From the IMG/VR virus record IMGVR_UViG_3300043540_000139, positions 1 to 57,100 of that record: DNA of 57,100 bases; one strand, given 5' to 3'. Each line of letters starts with the position of its first letter. The stretch's first letter is position 1. The notes below the pieces were generated by a model. That model had not been told where the DNA came from. It worked only from the letters and a program-made list of their open reading frames with translations, and ran no database searches. Positions 49,507-57,100 of the stretch are shown here, piece after piece. A program made the translations under genes and the position numbers. This DNA comes from a virus. Its lineage: Duplodnaviria > Caudoviricetes.

Positions 49507-50961
49507 TTGCAAACTTTAAAAAATATATTATTTCAGAAAATAATTTCAGAAGGCAAAAAAGAAGATTTGATATTAGAATTATTGAAGTCCATTATCAAGG
49601 GAACTAAATTTGACCATAAAGTATATATTGCTGGTGGATTTGTTCGTGATGAAATTATAGGTGAGCCTTCTAAAGATATTGACATTGTAGTTGAACTTCC
49701 CGGTGGGGGAATTGAACTTGCGGAGTTTATTGCAAAAAAACTGGGAATATATAAACCCGGAACAAACCCAGTTGTATATGAAAGGTTTGGAACAGCAATG
49801 TTGTATTTAGATAATGTCATATATAAAAATGTAAAACTTGATGGTATAGAAGTAGAATTCGTTGCTTCTAGAAAAGAACAATATCATCAAGATAGCAGGA
49901 AACCAGAAGTATCGTATGGGAGTCTTAAAGATGATGTTTATCGTAGAGATTTAACTGTGAATTCATTACTTAAATCTTTGACTACCGGAGAAATACTGGA
50001 TTTAACTGGATATGGGAAAGCAGATATTGCAAAAGGTATTGTAAGAACCCCTTTAGACCCAGACATTACTTTTAAAGATGACCCATTAAGAATGTTAAGA
50101 GTTATAAGATTTACTGTCAAATATGGTTGGCATTTACCGAAATGGATGATTGATGGCATTAAAAGAAATGCCTATAGATTGAATATAATTTCCAAAGAAA
50201 GAATAAAAGATGAATTGAGCAAAATACTGGTATCACCTAATCCTGTAACTGGAATAAGATTGTTACAATTGACAGGACTAACTAAATATATAATACCAGA
50301 ACTTGATGATTTGGTAGGGATGAAACAAAACAAATATCATAAAGATGATGCTTTCAAACATACAATGGAAGTATTGAAAAATGTTCCACCAAATTTGGTT
50401 TCAAGACTGGCTGCCTTAATGCATGATATTGGCAAAGTAAAAACGAAAGAAGTCATAAATAATGAAGTTCATTTTTATAAACATGAAGATGTTGGTGCTG
50501 AAATGGCAAGGGAAATAATGCAACAATTGAAATTTCCAAATGATATAATTGATGCGGTTTGTCTTCAAATCAAAAACCATATGAGATTGAAAAACTCTGG
50601 TAAAGAAGGAACTGATATTTCAGATAAGGCACTGCGTAAATTGAGAAATGATATTGGTCCTCATTTAGAAGGTTTGTTTGATTTGATACATGCTGACAAC
50701 ATAAGTCATACTGATGATGCGTCAATGCCCTTGCAAATTCCCAGAATAAGAAAAAGAATGAAAGATTTGCAAGATATTCCAGTTCAACAGCATGTAAAAT
50801 TACCATTGTCAGGAGAAGAAATAATGCAACTAACCGGGCTTAAACCCAGCAAACAACTGGGAGATTTGAAAAGAGCGCTGGAAGATAAGTATTTTGAAAA
50901 CCCAAAAATGAGTAAAGAAGAAGCAAAAGAATTTGTATTAAAAGTTTTTAGGAAGATGTAA
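49507..50961 (+). CDS. cca: CCA-adding tRNA nucleotidyltransferase with HD domain, with leader
   Basis: AGGFVRD..DIDIVV, flexible loop RKEQY..SRKPEV, RRDLTVN, DDPLRMLR, LMHDIGK..HEDVGA. No poly(A)-polymerase GRRF signature. Leader LKNILFQKIISE; TTG start. Confidence 0.9.
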   Translation: MQTLKNILFQKIISEGKKEDLILELLKSIIKGTKFDHKVYIAGGFVRDEIIGEPSKDIDIVVELPGGGIELAEFIAKKLGIYKPGTNPVVYERFGTAMLYLDNVIYKNVKLDGIEVEFVASRKEQYHQDSRKPEVSYGSLKDDVYRRDLTVNSLLKSLTTGEILDLTGYGKADIAKGIVRTPLDPDITFKDDPLRMLRVIRFTVKYGWHLPKWMIDGIKRNAYRLNIISKERIKDELSKILVSPNPVTGIRLLQLTGLTKYIIPELDDLVGMKQNKYHKDDAFKHTMEVLKNVPPNLVSRLAALMHDIGKVKTKEVINNEVHFYKHEDVGAEMAREIMQQLKFPNDIIDAVCLQIKNHMRLKNSGKEGTDISDKALRKLRNDIGPHLEGLFDLIHADNISHTDDASMPLQIPRIRKRMKDLQDIPVQQHVKLPLSGEEIMQLTGLKPSKQLGDLKRALEDKYFENPKMSKEEAKEFVLKVFRKM

Positions 50962-51000
50962 AATAACTATATCTTCCGTATTACTACTATTTATGTGTAT

Positions 51001-52473
51001 ATGAAAACTTTGAAAAATATATATTTTGATATTTTATCAGAATCTGAAGCATCTGAAAAAGCCAAGAAGATGGGATTACATCATGTTGGTTTTGGTAATT
51101 ATCAAACTAAATCTGGGAAAGTTACCTATAGATATGATGACCAGCAAAATAAATTTATTAAAGTAGGACAAAGTGATAATATTGACGACACTGAAGATAC
51201 GATTAAGAAAAGTGATATTGGGAATATAAAGTCTTTTAAAAGAAGTATTGTAGCAAAAACAGACCCCAGAAAAGAAGAATATAGAATGAATCAAAAGTTA
51301 TATGAAGATAAAAATTATCCTTTCTATATTGATAAAAATAAATTGAGTAAAGAACAATTTATTTTAAAAAAAGATGTTCCTTTCAAATCGGAAAAACATA
51401 AAAACATTCTTCAACATAATGCCAGAAAATTAATTTCTCAAGTATCAACCAATCTTGATTCTGGTGAAATAAATTTATTATATGAATATTCTGCAAAGTT
51501 TTCTGAAAATTGTGTTAATGCTGGAATAAGTGTAAACAATGCTACAAAGTTATTTAATGATAATATTGGTAAGTTATTATATCAGGAAGAAGAAAGCAGG
51601 GGAAGACAGTTTGGTGATCATGGAATTAGACATGTTATAGGTGATATTCTTTATGCCGATAAATTTGTAACAGAATTGAATAAACTATTACCAGAAGAAA
51701 AGAAATTATCCAATAGAAGAAGATTATTAATGGACGTAGTATTATTAAATCACGATATGGGATATACTGTGAAAGATGTTAGAGAAGACCCCACATTTAA
51801 AAATTCAATATCACACCCGGCAATAAGTATGAAAATGTTTGTTCATGATTTATCAAATGGTAAATATAATTCACTGCATTTAAAACAAGACGAAGTAAAT
51901 TTCATAAAAGCAGCAATCACAACACATGATAATAAAACTATTGATTGGAATAAACAACCAGAATTATCTGCTATTAGGTTGTCTGATAATATGGGATTAT
52001 TCCAAAAAGAAAAATTACCATATTTGTTTTCAAAAGTAGAAGGTTCTCAAAAAATATTGGAAGATTTGCATAAAGACTGTAAAGAAAACAAAGGAAATAA
52101 CAGAAACAAATTGATTAAACAATTAATGTTTGGTGTTACAAAAACAAATTTGCCTAATCAAACAAAACATTCATTATTAAGGGCAGCAAGGGAAACCAAT
52201 TGTTTTACAGCAAAAGTTACACTTGGTATGTGGGCTGGGGAAATTGATACTGTGAAATTTGATAAGAATGAAAATGGGAAAATATATGCTGATATAAAAA
52301 TAAAACATAATCAATACAATAAAAAATTACAAGAAGCAGGTTTTAATTTGGGTGGAGATAAATTTAAAAAATTTGCTGAAACATTAGGTGTAACAAATCT
52401 TCAATCTTCAAACCATTTGGAACTTAAAGATGATATGGGGAATGTGGTTTTAAAATCTGATGTTATTGAATGA
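51001..52473 (+). CDS. HD-domain phosphohydrolase with leader and N-terminal AKKMGL..GFG.Y module
   Basis: DHGIRH, LLNHDMGY, SHP, TTHD, RLSDN; leader MKTLKNIYFDILSE. Confidence 0.75.
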   Translation: MKTLKNIYFDILSESEASEKAKKMGLHHVGFGNYQTKSGKVTYRYDDQQNKFIKVGQSDNIDDTEDTIKKSDIGNIKSFKRSIVAKTDPRKEEYRMNQKLYEDKNYPFYIDKNKLSKEQFILKKDVPFKSEKHKNILQHNARKLISQVSTNLDSGEINLLYEYSAKFSENCVNAGISVNNATKLFNDNIGKLLYQEEESRGRQFGDHGIRHVIGDILYADKFVTELNKLLPEEKKLSNRRRLLMDVVLLNHDMGYTVKDVREDPTFKNSISHPAISMKMFVHDLSNGKYNSLHLKQDEVNFIKAAITTHDNKTIDWNKQPELSAIRLSDNMGLFQKEKLPYLFSKVEGSQKILEDLHKDCKENKGNNRNKLIKQLMFGVTKTNLPNQTKHSLLRAARETNCFTAKVTLGMWAGEIDTVKFDKNENGKIYADIKIKHNQYNKKLQEAGFNLGGDKFKKFAETLGVTNLQSSNHLELKDDMGNVVLKSDVIE

Positions 52474-52482
52474 TAAATAAAT

Positions 52483-53286
52483 ATGATTGTTAATGAAACT
52501 AAATCAAAACAGAATATAGAACATTTATTGTTTGAATTTTATATTGACAAAGATGAATATATAGATTATAAAACAATAAACCTTAACGACGAATTTGACC
52601 AATTAAACAGACTACTCTTTAACAACAAAATAATAAGAAACATACCATTAAAATTTGAATCAAATAAAAAACGATTAGGTTGGTTAAAATATAATACACA
52701 ACGATATTGGAAAGACGAATCAAAAAGAATATTTGCAATTAAAAAAAATCCATTATCATTGGGAATAAGTAATACTTTTAAACAAACCTATAAAACATTT
52801 TTAAATACATTAGCACACGAAATGATACATCTTTATTTAATGCAAAATAATTTAGATGAAAAAGACGACCACGGACCAGCATTTTTAAAGATAGCAAATG
52901 AAATTAATGGCAAAGGGTTGGGTTTTAATATAACAATAAAAAATGATGAAGGATTAACTGTAAAAAACATTCCGAAACAACCTTTCGGAATAATAATGAT
53001 AAAAATTGAAAGGTTTAGTGCTAATAGTGTAAGACATTGTGATTTATTCTGGTCTGCGATAAAAAATATAAAGGAAATTGTAGATAGCAGAGAAAGGATA
53101 TTTAATTTTTGGAATCAATATTCAGGCAATAAAGCCAAAGTATTTATTGTAGAAAGTAGAGACCCAAGAGCAGCATTATATCTGCATAGGTCAATTAAAA
53201 CCAAACAGAAATATCAAAGAGTTTTAAAAGAAGAAATTTTTGACGAAGTTTTGCGAACAAGTAGAATTCTATATAAGAACTATTAA
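52483..53286 (+). CDS. SprT-like zinc metalloprotease
   Basis: FDQLNRLLFNN, TLAHEMIH (HExxH), DHGPAF; N-terminal segment ends HLLFE. Confidence 0.85.
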   Translation: MIVNETKSKQNIEHLLFEFYIDKDEYIDYKTINLNDEFDQLNRLLFNNKIIRNIPLKFESNKKRLGWLKYNTQRYWKDESKRIFAIKKNPLSLGISNTFKQTYKTFLNTLAHEMIHLYLMQNNLDEKDDHGPAFLKIANEINGKGLGFNITIKNDEGLTVKNIPKQPFGIIMIKIERFSANSVRHCDLFWSAIKNIKEIVDSRERIFNFWNQYSGNKAKVFIVESRDPRAALYLHRSIKTKQKYQRVLKEEIFDEVLRTSRILYKNY

Positions 53287-53340
53287 TAGATTTTGTAATA
53301 ACAATTTTTGGTTTATTATAAAATTTGAAAAGGAATTCAG

Positions 53341-53751
53341 ATGGAAGCAAAAAATAACTTGCAGATATTAAAGAAAATAACTGAAGAATTAACTGACAAG
53401 GATTATTTGCTTAAAAGGAAAGTAGCTATTTATGAAAAAATTATTCAAACATTAGTCAAAGGTATTTGGATAATTGATAGCAATGAAAAAACTATCTATG
53501 CAGATGAACTTGTAACAAAAATGTTAAAATGTTCTTTAGAAGATATGCAAGACAAATCTGTATATGAATTTATATCTGATATGGATAAGAAGATAACAAG
53601 AAAATATATTAATGATGGTATCAATAAAATCAAGGAAGTAAAATTGATAACCAAAGATGGAAAAACCATCAAAACAAAAATAACGAATATGGTTTCTGAT
53701 GAAGAGTTGAAAGAAGAAGGAATTAAGTTTTTATTGGTAAACCAAAAGTAA
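53341..53751 (+). CDS. Stand-alone PAS-domain protein
   Basis: GIWIIDSNEKTIYA...MLKCSLEDMQDKSVYEFI...KLITKDGK. Confidence 0.75.
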   Translation: MEAKNNLQILKKITEELTDKDYLLKRKVAIYEKIIQTLVKGIWIIDSNEKTIYADELVTKMLKCSLEDMQDKSVYEFISDMDKKITRKYINDGINKIKEVKLITKDGKTIKTKITNMVSDEELKEEGIKFLLVNQK

Positions 53752-54109
53752 AGTAAAAATAAGAAGAGTAATTCAATGGAAAACAAACCAATTGAAGAAA
53801 GAAGAGAACACTAAATTCAAAATGGATGTTTATAAGTCTTCTATTGATGCCAATGATAAAAAAGAGTTGGTATCTGCATTTATGTCTGATTTAAAAGATT
53901 TGTTATTCAATTATAAACAAATCCAAGGAATATCATAATATATGAAAACATTAATAGAAATGCTAAATGAAGAAATGTTACCAAAAAGGGCAGTGGATTT
54001 TAATAAACTTCCAGAAAAAAATTTGGGATTTGGAAATAGAAGATGTTCAAAGAAAACAACATATCAATCATTCTATAATTGGAAAAAATTTTAAAGAAAA
54101 ATAATTGCC

Positions 54110-54538
54110 ATGAAAAGGACTTGGACTAAAATTGCAGCAAAGGATTTTACAGATGGAAATCATCCTAAATATGAACATTTATTTAATAAACTCAAATGGG
54201 AAAAGTGGGAAATTGGTAAATCGCTTCCATTTGTCCCCAGAACTGCTATTAAAATCGCTGTAAAGGAACTAAAAATCCCAAGGGTAACTCACTATGCCAT
54301 AAGCCGAGATATGGTTCCATACAACTTATATGGAATCAGGGGGCTATTTTCCAACGGTATTGTAAAGGCATATATTCTTGATACAGGGGATTCGGCTGTT
54401 GTTTTGGCTACCGATTTCTATCCAAAGGATGAAACTGATAATTTGGATGAAACCACAACTGGTTCAATATTGAAGAAAATGATGAAAGCAGAATCCAAAG
54501 AACTAAAACTTATGAATGTCGTTATGAATTATGAATGA
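54110..54538 (+). CDS. Hypothetical protein
   Basis: 142 aa; locally higher GC; ends LDETTTG... Confidence 0.55.
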   Translation: MKRTWTKIAAKDFTDGNHPKYEHLFNKLKWEKWEIGKSLPFVPRTAIKIAVKELKIPRVTHYAISRDMVPYNLYGIRGLFSNGIVKAYILDTGDSAVVLATDFYPKDETDNLDETTTGSILKKMMKAESKELKLMNVVMNYE

Positions 54539-54954
54539 AATGACAAACTCCGAACTTTCAATTTTTGATATCAAATCTATGATTTTGGAACTGATTACCA
54601 AAAAGAATATTAATTATCTTATGGATAATTTGAGTGTGATAGTAAAGGGTATTAATAACGATGATGAATGGAATGGCGGGAACAAAAAAGATGATTTAGT
54701 GATAACTTGGAAAAGCAAAGAATCAAGATTTTTTTGGATATGATTTGAGTATAGATGGTGATTGTAATATTGAATGGTTTTGGAAAGGAAGTTATAGAAA
54801 AACCAGAGATAATCTGGTAGAATATCCAGATTTAGAAATAGACAATATTTCTATTTCAAACTTAAAATTTTCTACAGCAAGAGAAAAAGGATATAAGGGA
54901 AGATATACAAATGATTTAGAAAGTGTGCAAATACCAAGTGATGTAAAAAGTTAA
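54531..54954 (+). pseudogene. Hypothetical gene split by a 1-nt frameshift
   Basis: Deleting one T in the T7 run at 54729-54735 fuses ORFs 54531-54743 and 54745-54954. Confidence 0.45.
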
Positions 54955-54979
54955 TTGGAGAAGTGGTTAAAAGATACAA

Positions 54980-55306
54980 TTGAACAGAAAATATATAAAT
55001 CAATATTACATAATGAAACCATATGAAAACGCACCAAAAGGATTAGTAAACTTTGATGGGGAGATAACAGATATACCATTATTAAACAGTAAATTTCATA
55101 ACACTCTGCAACCAAGAGGATGGAAAAAGTTTAAGAGAGAGAATGATTTCTTCAAAAACTATACTTATTCTTGTCCGGGTATTATGATTTATGGAAATTT
55201 ATATGATAGGAAAATAGTAGTTCAAATAGGACCATCCAGATTTACAATTCAATCTGTAGAAGATTTAAGAAAATATTTCAAAAGCAAATTTAACATAGAT
55301 TTATAA
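54980..55306 (+). CDS. Hypothetical protein
   Basis: 108 aa, TTG start. Confidence 0.45.
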   Translation: MNRKYINQYYIMKPYENAPKGLVNFDGEITDIPLLNSKFHNTLQPRGWKKFKRENDFFKNYTYSCPGIMIYGNLYDRKIVVQIGPSRFTIQSVEDLRKYFKSKFNIDL

Positions 55307-55608
55307 AATATTTATATTATATATGATACCATATACAATTAATGACATTGAATTTATATCAAGTCAATCATATTCAAATTTGAAAACGAAAGATGGAAAG
55401 AAAATTGATAAAAAAATTTCCAAAAGAAGTTTTAATAATTGCAATGAATGATTCTAATTCAAGGGAGTGATAAATCACCAATTAATAAATTAATTAACTA
55501 CATTACAATTCAGTAGAAAACTTGGTGTTCAACCCAAAGCAATACAAGAAGATAAAATGACTTTGATAAATGTTTTATCAAACATTATAAAATAAGGAAA
55601 TAACGAAT

Positions 55609-55941
55609 ATGAAAATATGGAAAACTATTTTATGCTTCTTTGGAATTTGCAAGAAAGAAGTTGTGCAATCAGAAGAAGTTAAAAAAATCGTTATCAACCC
55701 AACAGAATCTGGAATTGCAACACCAGAAGAAATTCTTTTTATAGAAACACCAAAAGAAGAAACTATCCCAATTTCAAGTGCAAGTGATGATTCTATGAAA
55801 GAATTAGAAAAAATGATTGTGGAAAGAAAAAAGGAAATAAAACCGAAGAAAACAAGACCTAAATATAAACAATATAAACAAAATGGAAATAGTTGGAATA
55901 GTAAAAAAGGGGGTAATAAGAAAAAAGCAAAATCCAATTAA
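55609..55941 (+). CDS. Hypothetical protein with basic C-terminus
   Basis: AAGGA RBS; MKIWKTILCFFGICKK. Confidence 0.55.
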   Translation: MKIWKTILCFFGICKKEVVQSEEVKKIVINPTESGIATPEEILFIETPKEETIPISSASDDSMKELEKMIVERKKEIKPKKTRPKYKQYKQNGNSWNSKKGGNKKKAKSN

Positions 55942-55993
55942 ATTGTTTAGGTCTGTATAATTCGGTTTTTTTCCCCCTTAAAACAACAACTAT

Positions 55994-57100
55994 ATGGCAA
56001 AGAAAAAAAAGAGAACTATTGAAACAGTGCCAGAAACAACGAAACCTATAACTACAAAAAAGAAAAAAGATGAATATGTAAAGATAAATTTTAAACATAT
56101 AGATTTCAGTAAAAATCAAAATGATTTCATAAAGAAGATTATCAACAATGATGTAACATTTGTATTCGGTCCCGCTGGAAGTTCCAAAGCACAACCATTA
56201 TATAGTAAGATATTGACTAAAAATGGTTGGGTTTATATGAAAGACATTAAAAAAGGTGATTATATAATTGGACAAGATGGGAAAGAAAAAAAAGTAACTG
56301 GTGTATTTCCATTTAAAGAAAAAATGGTTTATAAAGTTTTAATGTCTGATGGCAGTTATACAAAATGTTGTGAAGACCACTTGTGGTTTACTCAAACATT
56401 ACAAGATAGAGAATTTAGAAAAAGAACAAAAGGTAATAGAAAATTAAGATATGTTTCACCAAAATTTGGTAGTGTTAAATCTCTGGGCGAAATTAAAAAT
56501 ACTTTGAAAATCAAAGGAAGATATAATCATTATATACCATTAGTTGAACCAATTGATTTTGCAAAAAAAGAACTTTTGATAAATCCATATATAATGGGAT
56601 TATTACTTGGGGATGGATGTTTTATAAACCCTAAAAAAATAAATGTGGTAACTGCTGATGATGAAATAGCCAATTATGTTTTGGAAGAATTTAAAAACGA
56701 CAATGATTTAAAGGTTTATATAAGTAAAGATAAAAGAAATGGGTTAAAAACGATAAATTTTAGTAAAAATACAAAATGTATAACAAACAAAATTTTTGAT
56801 ATATTTAAAAATTTTGGTTTACACAATAAAAATTTTGATGAAAAGTTTATACCAAATGATTATTTGTTTAGTTCTTTAAATGATAGATTTGAATTATTAT
56901 GCGGATTAATGGACACCGATGGTTATGTATCAAAGTATTCTGTGGCATTTACTACTGCTTCTAATCAATTGATGAAGGATATAACTTTTTTAGTTAATTC
57001 ATTTGGTGGGACTGTAAGTGTAAAAAAATATAATGGTTGTTATAAAAAAAATGGTGTTTTGGTAAACTGTAAATATTATTATGTAATTAATATTAATTTA
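55994..57100 (+). CDS. phoH: PhoH-family ATPase with intein (runs off the window; absent from the ORF track)
   Basis: MAKKKK...SKNQNDFIKKIINNDVTFVFGPAGSSK, a Walker A variant of GPAGTGKT, then the intein. Confidence 0.82.
   Translation, partial: MAKKKKRTIETVPETTKPITTKKKKDEYVKINFKHIDFSKNQNDFIKKIINNDVTFVFGPAGSSKAQPLYSKILTKNGWVYMKDIKKGDYIIGQDGKEKKVTGVFPFKEKMVYKVLMSDGSYTKCCEDHLWFTQTLQDREFRKRTKGNRKLRYVSPKFGSVKSLGEIKNTLKIKGRYNHYIPLVEPIDFAKKELLINPYIMGLLLGDGCFINPKKINVVTADDEIANYVLEEFKNDNDLKVYISKDKRNGLKTINFSKNTKCITNKIFDIFKNFGLHNKNFDEKFIPNDYLFSSLNDRFELLCGLMDTDGYVSKYSVAFTTASNQLMKDITFLVNSFGGTVSVKKYNGCYKKNGVLVNCKYYYVININL
56189..57100 (+). mobile_element. Ala1 intein with LAGLIDADG endonuclease in the PhoH P-loop (partial)
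   Basis: AQPLYSKILTKNGW, KCCEDHLW, MGLLLGDG, LCGLMDTDG. The C-terminus is outside the window. Confidence 0.82.

Noticed and set aside
49507-50961. Poly(A) polymerase (pcnB)
   Set aside because: Lacks the G(R/K)RF PAP signature and has an HD domain and flexible loop typical of CCA enzymes.
466-56194. Minus-strand ORFs and short out-of-frame + strand ORFs in the ORF track
   Set aside because: They overlap well-supported + strand genes, have shadow-like composition and show no motifs.
1-57100. tRNA, rRNA or group I intron
   Set aside because: No cloverleaf or TTCGA T-loop context or structured GC-rich intergenic block was recognised by eye; tRNAscan/Infernal would be needed to exclude them.

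Overview
AT-rich, almost entirely + strand segment of a large T4-like (myovirus, probably jumbo) bacteriophage. It holds the head/packaging module (tail sheath, large terminase, gp20-like portal, gp21-like prohead protease), fibre/structural genes, and accessory enzymes: EcoRI-family adenine MTase, NAD-dependent ligase, ClpP, DUF151 nuclease, PAS proteins, a SpoT/Mesh1-like HD hydrolase, a CCA-adding enzyme, a SprT protease and PhoH. I count ten inteins. The main observation is that the terminase is encoded in three genes joined by two atypically split inteins at adjacent residues. The middle gene reads IntC-Cys-IntN and would contribute a single amino acid to the mature enzyme. Second, about 25 unrelated proteins share a short amphipathic leader ending in (I/L)xE. 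It resembles the T4 capsid-targeting sequence and suggests a modular system for packaging cargo, including tRNA-repair and alarmone-hydrolase enzymes, into the head. No tRNA, rRNA or CRISPR array was recognised. All calls come from reading motifs by eye; no searches were run.
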